DNA of 63,483 nt, counting the filler, from Chrysochromulina tobinii (lineage: Eukaryota): the NCBI GenBank assembly GCA_001275005.1. It is 7 parts of 7 records of this genome, joined end to end, with 100 filler letters (N's around TTAATTAATTAA, not from the genome) between each part and the next. Parts side by side here need not be neighbours in the genome. Positions count along the whole stretch, not along the records: positions 12,225 to 20,929 come from JWZX01000407.1; positions 21,030 to 27,694 come from JWZX01000411.1; 5 more parts are not named here. One strand, written 5' to 3'. Position numbers and translations under genes: made by a program. Positions 12,225-23,872 of this stretch are shown one piece after another (the first letter of the stretch is position 1; every line of letters starts with the position of its first letter). The notes below the pieces were generated by a model. The model was not told where the DNA came from, did not search any database, and saw nothing but the letters and a program-made list of their open reading frames with translations.

Positions 12225-14765
12225 GAGCGGCACCGCCGCCGACACGCTCACCGCCGACGCGTTGAAGTACGCGAAGCGAAATCCACTGTCTGTGACCCTC
12301 TTGTTGTGACGCTCTCCGTTGAGAGAGATCTCGAAGGGCACACTGGCGCTGATGTTGATTGCTGGCGCGATGCAGCGCGCCGACGTGCTATTGTCCACCG
12401 AGGCGACGGCGGCGACCTCTCCAAACAAGCACGCCGCGGGCAGTGAAGCGAAGCCAACGCCCTGCACACGCACGAGCGTGCCCCCCACTAGTGGCCCTCC
12501 GAGAGGTGCCCTCCTCGAGAGGTGCACGGCGCCTATGTCGAAGAGCGTGATCTGGAGGCTCGTGCGCACAAACGTGGCGCCGTCGGCGGAGAAGGCGAGT
12601 GGCTCGACCCCTCCCGAGCTCACGGCTGGTGTCACGCACGTGACGTTGCGTCCGTCGCTGCTCACGCGCGCTTGCACGGAGCCATAACGGCCAAAGCGCA
12701 CGCGAGCGTCGCCAAGATCAGCCAACCCGGAGCCAAAGAGCGTGAGCGGCGTCCCGCCCGCCACCGGCGCGCCGAGCGGAGAGATCGCACTGACCACCAG
12801 CTCGGCGTATGCCTGTCCATAAAAGGTGAACGGGAGCCCATCGTTCGTCTTCGTCGCGCGGTCGCCGTTCAAGAGGAACTCGATCCTCGAAGGCTGGGCA
12901 GGATGCATCGGGACCGTGGGCGAGCGGCAGCGCGCCTCGGCAGGCCCGAGGATGGTCGCGGGCGTGAGGACCTCCATCAGTTCTCCATGGAGGCGCGGCG
13001 GCCGATTGTGATCGCCATCAAGCGGATCGACCGGTAGGTCGCTGCGCGCGCTGCGCCGCTCCCCAAAGGCGCAGCTCGGCCCGCCGAGATCGCGAAACCC
13101 ATGCCCGATGAGCGTGAGCATCGTACCTCCGCTGTGGACCGCGCCCTGCGGCATCACCTCGGACACGTGCAACTGCTCCTCAGAATAGACTCTATACGTG
13201 GGCAAGCCGACGACGAGGTCGGAATAGAAAGGCGAGAACACGCGGATACCCCCAAGGTTCAAGATGCGCATCGGTGGCGAAGGGCCGTCGTCAGCTCTCG
13301 TCAAGACCAGGGTCACGTAGTTCCCTCGCAGCGGCGGCCCGCTGCCTCCCCCGACTGGCACGCAGTCGAATTCAAACGGGCCACGCGTTGCTGGCACGCT
13401 CAGATTCGGACGCCCGCAGAGCGTCGATGTGCTGGACTGATAGTCGCCTGCAGACTGGCCGACCCACAGCTGGAAGGGCGAGAGCCGATCCCAGCAGCAG
13501 TCGTACCGATTGTAAATGACGATCTGGCTCACCTGCGCTGGCGCGCCATCCGAGTCGGAAGGCAGCTGCACGGACAGCCACGGCGTCAGCTCAGGCTCGG
13601 TGTGGCACATGTTCGTGATCATGTCCTCGTCGATGCAATTAGCGGCCACGTGCGACGTGCGAAGGGCAGTCGAGCTCTGGACGGCGCTCAGGCGCGGCAG
13701 CTCATACAATGTTCCGAATCTCGACGCCGTCTGCGCCGCCGGAGCGCGCACGTCGCCGTTGAGTGTGACTGCGAGCGCGTGCACGCCTTCGCTCGCGTTG
13801 CTCGGCACGAAGGCCATCAGAACGCTCTCATTCAGAGGGAAGGTTGGCAACCGTTGCGCTTCCGAACCATTCCCTAGGAGGACCGCAAGGCCGCCGTAGT
13901 CGGCCAAGCCGGCGCCAGAGAGGTAGATGGCGCCGCCGCCGCGCGAGGGGCCGCCCAGCGGCATGACGGCGCTCAGCCGCGGCGCGCGTGTGTCGTAGAA
14001 GGTGAAGTTCAGCGGAAGCGTCCAGGCGACGCCGTCGTCGGGCGTCACCTCAAGCCACACTTGGCGAGGCTCGTCCACACGGGGGCTGACGCAGTGCAGG
14101 GTGGTCGCGTCGACGTACGTGGCGACCACCGTGTAGAAGCCGAACCGGCAGCGCAGTGCGCGGCCGCCGTATCCGACGCCGCGCACCACCACCGCAGTGC
14201 CGCCATCCACTGGGCCGCCGCGTGGATGCACCGAGTGCAAACCCATCGCGTCGAGGTCGAGAAAGTACTCAAAGTCGGCGAGCGTGTCGAGGAGCGCGCC
14301 GGCGCTCTCGTTGCAGCTCCGGCCGAAGGAGAGCAGAAGGTCGTCCGTGTGCGTGTACCCCGGAATCTGCTCGGGCGAGCGGCAGACGACGTGAAAATCA
14401 TCGAGCGCCTCGGCAGCCGTCTCGAAGTCCGAGATGCCGTCGCCGCCGATGACGACCGTGGTGGACCGGTTCGGAAACGTAGTGGGCGATCCTATGATCT
14501 GCGAGGGCGCGTAGCCCGGATGATGGTCCCAGCAGCAGCGCACGCTCGCCGGGTCCGTGCCGTTGAAGGTGAAGCCCGCGCCGAAGACAGTGACCGCCGT
14601 GCCGCCCTGATGGTGGCCGCGCAGCGGCCCGACTGGGCCGAGCGATGGCAGGCGTGCATCAACCGTCCAGCGCGGCTGCGCAGGGTGCTGCTGCTGCCGA
14701 GTCGCCACCGCCACAAGCAGCACGGCCTGCACGCTCACGCTGAGGCGGCGGAGAGGTTGCGCCAT
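12225..14765 (-). CDS. Secreted/surface protein with tandem IPT/TIG domains and an F5/8-fucolectin-like domain; 3' end truncated by the contig end
   Basis: Repeated PxGGPxxGGTxVxVxGxGF...CxFG...CxSP motifs, plus IVIYNRYDCCWDRL. Confidence 0.85.
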
Positions 14766-14929
14766 TGGAACTTGACTCCCGCCGCGCTTCAACGGTTACA
14801 TCCGCTTGCAAAAATAAATATGAATATTTATATTTGTGGCACTGACGCTCTTCAAGAGTTCACAGCACTTTCACACGTCTCCGCGAAAGGCGGAGTCCTC
14901 TGTCGCGACTAGGCGGCGGCGCTGGCGTG

Positions 14930-15554
14930 ATGCCTAAGGAAGACTTCCTACCCGGCCAGACGAAGGAGCTCGACCCTAATGCTGCGGACACCGAGGCGCT
15001 CACGAACTTCTATCAGTCCTTGCTGAGGCAGCGGCCAGAGAGCGAGATGGCGCAACGATGGCTGCTGCAGTACGGGCTGCTGCCAGGCGGCGAGGACGAG
15101 GCGAAGGCGATGATCAAGAAGCTGGGCAAGTCGGCACCGTCTTCAAAGCCCACGGCGGCCAAGAAGCCCAGCAAACCCGCCGCGAACGACGACGACTTTG
15201 AGAGCAAGCCCAAGAGCAAGGCACCAGCAAAGAAGCCGCCACCGTCCAAGTCAAAGGCCACCATCGCCAAGGAAGACTCGAGTGACGAGGAGTTTGAGGA
15301 GAAGAAGAAGCCCGCCGCCACCAAGAAGCCCGCCGCCAGCAGCAAGCCTCCAGCCAAGAGGCCAGGTACCGCCTGCCGCTTTCCGTCTCGTCACGCCAGT
15401 GCGCGCGGCGACAAGCTTGCCGGGCGACCCTGCTCGCCTTGCCCGCGCCGCCTCTGTCTGACGTGCGCCGTGCTCGCCTTGCCCGCGTCGCCTCGCAGTC
15501 GACGAAAATTCGTCAGATGAGGATGTGCCGATTACTAAGAAGGCGAAGAAATGA
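14930..15554 (+). CDS. Small Lys-rich conserved-type protein; exons 14930-15365 and 15499-15554 (conventional intron)
   Basis: Core FYQSLLRQRPESEMAQRWLLQYGLL. GT15366..AG15498 gives ...RP|VDENSSDEDVPITKKAKK*. Confidence 0.7.
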
Positions 15555-15887
15555 GAGGGGGCGCTTCGGAGACGCTTCGCGATGTGTCCTGTTACGTGCT
15601 GTGAGTTCGCCCGGCGCGACACGGCGAATGTCCTAGAAACTCGCTGCAGGTAGTATGAGACTCATATGAGACGCATGCGTGCTTACATGGGACCCATTTT
15701 ACGGCTTCGGAGAGCTGCAGACATTTCATTGGATTCTCCGTAAATGGGCGCCCATGTACAATGTAAACACGCATCGCAACTACCACATGAAATGTCTTAC
15801 GGCTTCACAACAGCTAATATTCTCTTGGAGGCCTACACCACTCCTCAACACCTCAAGGCTCGAGTATTTACAGCCAATTCACAGCCG

Positions 15888-18800
15888 ATGGTTCACAGAT
15901 CCAAAACCGACCGGTGGAGGCAGTGCGGCAGTCCATTGCCGACGCCACCGCGCATGTGGTCGCTCGAGCCGACGCTCCCAAGGCAGCAACAGGAGCCCGA
16001 GGATTATTGGCCGCTGCGGCCGCGGCCGGCGGCCGGTTCGCCGCCTCGAACGCGTGATGCTGTCGTCGATCTGATGGTGCAGCCGTCGCCCGCAGACAGG
16101 AGCCGCTACCCCTCCGCCCCTCCCCGAAGGCCTTCCTCGTCCGCGTCGGCCGCTCCAGCTGCAGCCGTGGGGTCACTACGGCGCTCGCAGTCGGCGAGTG
16201 GCGGTATCCTCCGGCGCTCTCCGAAGCGGGCGCCCGCGGCGCCGGGCAGCATGGCGGGCAGCGTGGCGCAGGTGGAAGGGCTGCTGCGTCGGCTGGGCGA
16301 GCTCGAGGAGACGGTGATGTTGCAGCAGGTGTCCGACGACCGGCTCAAGGAGGCCAACATCGCGCTCATGGAACGGCTGAGTGAGTTCCAGCGCGTGAAT
16401 GAGTCCAACGTCACGCAGGCGGAGGAGGAGCTCGCGAGGATCCACTGCGCGCTGCAAGAGGAGCGGGCGGCGCGCGCGGCGGCCGAGCAGGCGATAGCCG
16501 AGCAGCAGACCTACACGGTGCAGCAGCGCGGCGCGGTCGCGAGCGCGAGCGAGACGGCACAGACCGAGGGCGCTCGCGCGGCCGCTCTCTCCGAGCAGCT
16601 CAGGCTGCTGATGGTCGAGCAAGCCTTCACTGCACGCACCGCAGCCCTGGGTGCACGCGCCCTCACTCGCAAGTACCTGCGGCTGCTGCACGAGCGCGCG
16701 TGCCGGCAGCGGCGGCTCCGTGGGCTGCAGGGCAGCGTGCTCGCCGGCGCGCTCCTCCGCTCCGTGCGCCGTGCGTACCTACGTGTCTCTTTAGGGCATT
16801 GGAAGCGCCTGAGGTCGGCTGAGCAGCTCGCGCGTCGCGTGCTTCGGGCGGCGACGATTGCATGCGCGCGCCGATGCCTGGCGCACTGGGCACGCTGGCG
16901 CCAGGTAGGGCGCATGGCGCGCCGCGCGCAGCACGTGCGCCTCCAGCGACTCCAGCGCCAATGGATGCGCGCCCTCGTGAGCGCTCACGAGAGCGCGCGC
17001 CGGCTCGCTGCTGGGCTGGAGAGGGTGAGCGCGAGCGCGCGCACGCGCACGCGAGCGCGGCTGCTGCGCGCGTGGCGGCGGGCGGTGCACGCGATGCACG
17101 AGCGCGAGGAGCACGCCGCCCGGCACGGCGCGCGCCTTGAGCCGCGCTTGTGCGTACTGGCCGGGCTGCGCCGTTGGGCTCGGTGGATCGCTAGCTTGCG
17201 AAGGGAGCGCGTGATCGACTCTCAGAGGGGGGCGGCGGCGCGGCTGCACTGGCTCGAGGCTGCGGTGGAGCGATGGCGGCGCGCGGCGCGCTATCTAGCC
17301 ACGATGGGGCTTGGCGGCGGCGGGGCGACAGGCGCTGTGATGGGCGCCTTCGGGCAGCGCCGCACGCGCCGTGCCGGGCGATCGGAGCTGTGGAAGGCCG
17401 CGGGGAAGGCTAGCAGCGCCGTACCGGCAGCCATTCACAGCGCCGTACCGGCAGCCATTCACACAGGCGGCGGTGCCGGAGGCGGCGGAGGCTACGTGGC
17501 CACTCGCCGCGTGGCGCTGCTGCAGGCGCTGCAGGGCAACTCGCTCTACTTGCGAGCTCGCGGCTGCCTCATGCGATGGCGCGCCGCCACGCGTTCGCGC
17601 CGCGTCCTGGCCAAGTGGCTCACGGAGGCCTCTCTCCATGCCCTGGCGCTTGGCGCGGCGGCGGCGCTCTACTGGTGGCGGCGGCTCACTCGTCGTCATC
17701 GTGGCGCGCGCCGGCGACGCCATCGGGCCGACCGTTACTTTGAGCGCCGTCTCGAGCAGCGCGTGTGGCGCGGCTGGCTGCGGCTGGTGCAGCTCGGCCG
17801 GCGACGCCGGGACGATGAGGCTCGCAAGAGCTGGGAGGCCGCGCATGCAGGGTTCGTCAAATGGGCGTCGGTGCTCGAGACGGCGCGAGCGGCTGTGAAA
17901 CGCCGACGCGCGGCGATGGCGCACTTGCGTCGCGGCCGCCTCGCGCGCGGTACGGCCGCCTTCCGATCGCCACTGATGACCTGCCTTTGCATGCAAGTGC
18001 TCATCGCAGCGCGTGCGCCTGGCAGGTACGGCCGCCTTCCGCTCGCGTGCCGCATCTCGTGTGGCGTCGCAACTGGCGCGAGCGCAGGCGACGGCTCGAC
18101 GGCGCCTCGAACCTAATATGGACCTGCCCCTCGCATGCAAGTGCTCACCACGGCGCCCGCCCCTCTTTCCCCACAGGCGACGGCTCGACGGCGGATGGCC
18201 TCTCGACGGTTATGCGCGGCGGGCCTCGCGCGTTGGGCGCTCGCGTGCGCGTCGCTCATGCGCCGCAGCCGGCAAGCCGTTACCTCGGAGCTCGACCTCT
18301 GATGGCCTCTGATGACTTCTGATGACTTCTGATGACCTCCGATTGCCTCCCTCATCAGGCAAGCCGTTACCTCGGAGCTCGACCTCTGATGGCCTCTGAT
18401 GACTTCTGATGACCTCTGATGACCTCCGATTGCCTCCCCCATCAGGCAAGCCGTTACCTCGGAGCTCGAGCTCTGATGACCTCTGATGACCTCTGATGAC
18501 CTCTGATGACCTCCGATTGCCTCCCTCATCAGGCAAGCCGTTACTTCGGAGCTCGAGCTCCGCTCCGAGCTGCTTGCCCAGTCGCGCGCGGCCGCCGGTG
18601 CTGTGGAGTCCGAGAATGACGACTTCCGCGCGCGCGTCGAGTCGCTCGAGACGGACATCGCGGTGCTGCAGCAGGTGTGCGACGATGGGCACGCTCTTGG
18701 CCACTGACGGCCACTGTGGCCACTTTGATGGCCACTTGATGGCACGTTGTTGGCCATCAAGCACGTTGATGGCCACTTGAGCGTCGCTGACCGACCCTGA

Positions 18801-20839
18801 TCGACCCCTTTCCCACACCAATCGACCCCTTTTCCCCACAGGTGCTCGAGGAGCATCGTCGCGCCGCCGCCGAGACCACCGGCATGCAAGCGCTCACCAC
18901 GGCGCCGTGTCCCTTCCCCACAGGTGCTCGAGGAGCATCGTCGCGCCGCCGCCGAGACCACCGGCTCTCTGCGCGCGCTCGAGGCGGACCGCGACGAGTC
19001 CGAAGCCGCGCGGGACGAGATGGCCCTCGAGCTCGAGGAGGCCAAGGCGGCGGCCGCGAGCTGGCGCGAGCAGTTCGAGCAGCTGCGCCAGATGCATCGA
19101 GATCAGAGCCAGATGCATCGAGATCAGACCGTCGCTCAGGAGGCCGCGCTCTCAACGGCCACGCGCCGTGTCGAGCAGCTCACCGCCGAGGCGGCCAAGC
19201 GAGATCAGCTGCTGGGCGCTGCACAGGCTGCTCTCGAGCAATCGGGTGGGCGGCTCAGCGCGGCGACGGCCGACCGCGACGATAAGCTGCGGGCGGCGCT
19301 CGAGGTGAGCCAGGGCGCGAGTCTGATGGCCTCGGATGGCCTCTGATTGCCGCCCTCATCAGCGCTCGACGTGAGCCAGGGCTTGCCCTCGGCTTCGTCT
19401 GAGTGCCTTTCTCATCATCCCGGATGACCTCGGTGTGCCTTCGGATGGCCACCCATGGACTGTCCACGTGGCACTCACCGCGTCTGATTGCCTCCCTCAT
19501 CAGTCACCCATGGACTGTCCACGTGGCACTAGCCGCGTCTGATTGCCTCCCTCATCAGCCACCCATGGACTGTCCACGTGGCACTCACCGCGTCTGATTG
19601 CCTCCCTCATCAGTCACCCATGGACTGTCCACGTGGCACTCACCGCGTCTGATTGCGTCCCTCATCAGTCACCCATGGACTGTCCACGTGGCACTGACCG
19701 CGTCTGATTGCCTCCCTCATCAGGTGAGCGCCTCACTCCGATCGGTCATCGCCCAAAAAGAGGACCTACTCCAAGCGGCGGCGGCGCGCGAGCGGAGATT
19801 GGGCGAGATTGCGCGCAAGCTCGAGTCGCGAGCTCTCTCGAGCCACGCCCAGCTCACCCAGCTTCGGGAGGCCGAGGGGGAGCGCGCGGCCGAGTTGCAG
19901 CAGCTGCGGGGCGCCCTCAAGCGCGCCGAGGCGAAGGCAGCTGCCCTCGAGGAGGCGGTGCGTCTCAGCCCTTGATTGCGTCTGATTGCGTCTGATTGCG
20001 TCTGATTGCGAAGGCAGCTGCCCTCGAGGAGGCGGTGCGTCTCAGCCCTCTCATCGCCCTCTATGAGTGCCCTCTCATGGGCTTCTCATCGCCCACTCCT
20101 TGCCGTCACTAGTGCTCTCTGAGTGCCCGCTTGAGTGCCCTCTTGAGTGCCGCTAAGTCTCCTCTGAGACTCACTGATGACCACTGATGACCACTGATTG
20201 CCTCCCTCATCAGGTGCGCGCGAGCCACGCCGCCTTCGACGCGGCTCGCACCGAGATACTCTCGCTACGCGCGGGAATGGGCGGCGCCGTCGTGGGCACC
20301 CTGCCCCGAGGCTGGGTTGCCTCAGCACCTCCCTGGGCTGCCTCAGCTGCGCCTCCCTGGGCTGCCTCAGCACCTCCCTCAGCTGCCTCAGCACCTCCCT
20401 GGGCTGCCTCAGCTGCGCCTCCCTCAGCTGCCCCAGCGCCTCCCTCAGCTGCCTCAGCGCCTCCCTCGGCTGCCTCAGCGCCGGTCGGTGCAGGCGGCGC
20501 CAGAAGATCTGGGCGCGCCGTACCGAGCACTGGTCCCACGATCGGAGGCTCCGCCCCCGCCCCCGCCCCCGCCCCCGCCCCTGCGGCAGCCCCCGCAGCA
20601 GCCCCCGCAGCCGCCCATTTCGTACACAAGCCCGCGGAAGCCATGCCGTCGGAACGAAGCCGAGCGCCGAGCGCCGTCTCGAGCGCCCGCAGCGGCGCCG
20701 TGCCGAGCGCCGTCTCGAGCGCGGTGGATGCGATGGCGCAGATCCGTGCGTTACAGGCGGAGCTCGCGCAGGCTTCGGCCGCGGCGCAGCTCGCGCAGGC
20801 GCCGCTGCCGCTCCTGCCTGTGGCTCCTCGACGACAGGA

Positions 20840-20870
<31 letters not shown>

Positions 20871-20929
20871 TACGCCTCTGAGGACGGCGGTGGCGACGGC
20901 GGCGGTGGCGACGGCGGCGGTGGTGACGG
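15888..20929 (+). CDS. Coiled-coil protein with Sfi1-like (centrin-binding) Trp/Arg repeats; 6 introns (17950-18025, 18088-18176, 18272-18532, 18675-18923, 19305-19723, 19958-20213); 3' truncated
   Basis: Recurring LxxW(R/K) motifs. All exon phases were checked and join into one frame. The start codon is uncertain. Confidence 0.75.
17950..18025 (+). other. Hybrid A/B cassette intron beginning with a 21-nt copy (1 mismatch) of the next exon
   Basis: GTACGGCCGCCTTCCG(A/C)TCGC occurs at 17950 and 18026. Confidence 0.85.
18088..18176 (+). other. Cassette-B GC-AG intron with an exon duplication
   Basis: CAG|GCGACGGCTCGACGGCG occurs at both junctions, and the frame is restored. Confidence 0.8.
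18272..18532 (+). repeat. Three tandem 87-nt cassette-A intron units (GC donor)
   Basis: Acceptors at 18358, 18445 and 18532, each followed by GCAAGCCGTTAC. Confidence 0.9.
18675..18923 (+). other. Compound intron; the distal unit 18842-18923 is a 42-nt exon copy plus cassette B
   Basis: 18842-18883 is identical to 18924-18965. Confidence 0.88.
19450..19723 (+). repeat. 5 x 55-nt tandem repeat, each ending in the cassette-A acceptor, inside intron 19305-19723
   Basis: Units start at 19450, 19505, 19560, 19615 and 19670. Confidence 0.9.
19958..20213 (+). other. Cassette-A intron containing a 42-nt copy of the upstream exon end plus donor
   Basis: 19931-19972 is repeated at 20008-20049. The intron ends CTGATTGCCTCCCTCATCAG. 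Confidence 0.82.
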
Positions 20930-21029
20930 NNNNNNNNNNNNNNNNNNNNNNNNNNNNNNNNNNNNNNNNNNNNTTAATTAATTAANNNNNNNNNNNNNNN
21001 NNNNNNNNNNNNNNNNNNNNNNNNNNNNN
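20930..21029. other. Artificial contig-joining linker
   Basis: 44N-TTAATTAATTAA-44N. Confidence 0.97.
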
Positions 21030-22687
21030 AGCCGGAGAATGTGCTCATCGGGCCGCTCGACGTGCCGTGGATCACCGACTTTGGGCTCTCCACCTCTGCC
21101 AACATGACCTCCATGTCTCAGTCGACTGCGGGCGGGCGCGGCACGCTGCCCTTCAAGGCGCCCGAGCTCTTCGCTCATCCACCGCACGTGGGGCCCGAAG
21201 CCGACGTCTACGCCTTTGCCATCCTCGCGTGGATCGTCGTCTGTGGCGAGCAGCCGTACACGAACATGCTGGCCGCGGCGACGTCGTTGCCGCAGGCGGT
21301 GGCCCAGGGCGTGCGGCCGACGCTCGCAGACCCTAACGAGGAGTGGCAGGACAAGACCACTCCGCCAATGGTGAGGCTGATCGAGGGCTGCTGGCACGCC
21401 GATTCTGCGCAGCGCCCAACCTTTGGCAGCGGCAGCGCTCCCCTCGACGGAAGCGGCGAGGGCGGAGAGGGCGCGGAAGATGGAGGCAAGGGGGCGGGGA
21501 GTCGTGTCGTCGCGATGCTCGAGAAGATGGAGTACTCACTCTCAAAGAGCTCCGAGCTGGAGGCGTCGCAGCTGGCGCTGGCGATGCGGCTGATCTCGAC
21601 CAAATCTGAGGCGGAGACGCTGAGCCTCTCCCTCGTGCAGATTGGCGCGGCACAGGGTGATGCGACGACGACGGCGGCGGAGCAGACCGAACTGGCGGAG
21701 GAGAAGGCAGCCTTGGAGACGTCACAGGGCCTGCTGCGCCAGCATGCCTCTGCCGTGCTCTCGCAGATGCCCGGCGGTACCGGCGGCGAGCTCGCGAGCG
21801 CGCTGAGTGCGATGCTGCAGCAGCAGTCGGACATGTTCCGACAGGCGATGCAGGAGACCGAAGCCAGGATGCAGAGTTTTGAGCGCAGCCTCAGCCGACT
21901 CGCCGAGGGCGAGCTCGACTGCCCCCGCCTCTTTGTGCTCCTGCCGATGGAGGCCTCGAGCTCGAAGCTCATGCAGCTCGTCAAGAGGGAGTTTGTCAAG
22001 GACAAGTACCGCCTCGTCTTCCTCGACCCGGTGAGCGGCTGCGCGGTGCGCTGCGGCCCCGACGGCGACGGCTACAAGCTGGAAGTGCCCAAGAAGTGGC
22101 TGGTTGAGAACCGCAAGATTATCTCGGCCGCCCTTCACATCGTGAAGAGCTGCGCCATGGCAGGCCGCCTTGCGGGGCTGCCACTGCCGTCGGCTGCCGG
22201 ACTGCCAACGGAGGCGGTGTCGAAGGCGGAGGTCGAGGCGCTCAAGACCTTTGAGGCTGTGTATTCGGGCGAGGGCGTTCTCGGAGACGATGCAAGCAGC
22301 ACGTCGTCCTCGGCCTCGCAGTCCGCCGCCAAGGCGGTCAAGGCGGCGACGGGCCAGGCGTACAAGCAGCTGCGCAAGATGCTCAAGGAGCAGTGCAAGG
22401 ACGAGTACCTAGTGCACTGTGAGATGACCAAGGAGAAGGCGCGCGACGGCTCGATCGAGTTCGTGAGCGCCGGCAGCAAGGAACGCTTCCTCCACTTTGG
22501 CCAGCAGGCCCTCATCTGGAACGACGAGACGCTCAAGCAAAAGGCGGCGGCCAAGGCGGCGGCGCTCAAGGCAGTCGAGGCGAGGGCCGCTACAACCGTT
22601 GAGAAGGCGGCTTCATTCATGAGTCCTGGATCAGGGGCCCTGAACGGTGTGATCGACGAAGAGACCATCGAGACTATCGATGCGTGA
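21030..22687 (+). CDS. Protein kinase (TKL-like; C-lobe only, 5' truncated) followed by a coiled coil and a C-terminal CPRLF-containing domain
   Basis: Motifs DFGLS, GTLPFKAPE, DVYAFAI, GVRP and CWH...RPTF. Confidence 0.85.
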
Positions 22688-22705
22688 TCGACAAAGAGAC
22701 CATCG

Positions 22706-23296
22706 ATGAACCTTGACAGCCGCTACTTGCACCGCATGCTCACCAAGTCGCAACTCGCGAGACGTCCCATCGAGCATCGATGTGTGGTTCATCGGTTCGA
22801 GGAGGATGACACCAAGGAGTACACCGCAGAGGCATGCGCAGAGGACATCTCGAGGTTGCGCCACATCCTGATCAACGACAGCCGTGACAAGGCGCACAAA
22901 AAGGCGCACAAGTTTGCCACATGCGGCTCGAGCATGATGTTTGGGACGAGTGAGGGGAATCAGATCTGCATCGGGCTCCCGCGCGAGGTCAAGAAGGCGC
23001 TCAAGCTCAAGACACTGCCCGAGCGCTTCGACACGCTGTCCGCGCTCACGTACGCCATCAAGGAGTATGTCTTCTGGATGAACGACAACGAGTGCTGGGA
23101 GTCAGGGGCGGAGCTCGAGACTGCGATGAAGGTGCTTGCCAAGGCGTGGTGAGACCTGCTCAAGTGCAGCGACGCCGAGCTTGGCATCGACGCGGAGTTT
23201 ACGCGCCCGGGCATCGAGGCGCTCCTCGAGCAACTCGAAGACGACTTCAAGGGCTGCGAGCCAACGGCCGAAGTCGACTTCGAGTTGCGCGCGTGA
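22706..23296 (+). pseudogene. Uncharacterised protein interrupted by an in-frame TGA (23150-23152)
   Basis: A coding-like frame continues past the stop: LAKAW*DLLKCSDAELGIDAEFTRPGIEALLEQLEDDF...RA*. Confidence 0.55.
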
Positions 23297-23872
23297 GTTT
23301 GAACTGAACGACATCTGAACGGCATCCACTCTCTTTTCGGGTCCGGAGGACACATGCGGAGACCATGCGTGGTTTCACACATCGCGCGGCCACCGGGACG
23401 GTGACGAGATCGGTGGCCTTTACTCAGTCTCCCGTCCGGAGCGCATGGGCTGAGATAAGTGACTGACGATTTAGATTCGAGATTGATATTTTGATTGATG
23501 ACTCCCGGATGTGCGGACCTGACCGCGCCGGACGTGTGTGTAAACTGCACACAATGAGAAAGTAAGAAGTGAATTGTATTAATCGCTCTGGTGTACGTAA
23601 GTCAGAGTCGAGTGGCTCGCGATCCTGAGATGCTCGCGAACTCGCTACTCTACGAGGGCATTCACCATGGCATTCACCGACCCTACCGACGACCCGAACG
23701 TCGGACCGTACATGTAGAGTTGTGACACCCACACCGGGCCGACGCACATCCCTGCCCCTCACTGGTCTGCCACGGTGTTCACATGTCCCCGGTCTGCCAC
23801 GGGTGCCCCTGTCCCTCTTCGTTCGGTTCGCCCCCCCGGACAGTCGCGTGCAGGGGCTGGGGCACGAATGCC

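Noticed and set aside
18296..18532. CTGATGA as a hammerhead ribozyme core or C/D-box snoRNA
   Set aside because: I saw no consistent downstream stem II + GAAA and no guide/terminal-stem architecture. The position next to the AG fits a branch-site role better.
19450..19723. 55-nt and 87-nt periodic repeats as a CRISPR array
   Set aside because: There are no unique spacers and no cas genes, and the context is eukaryotic and intronic.
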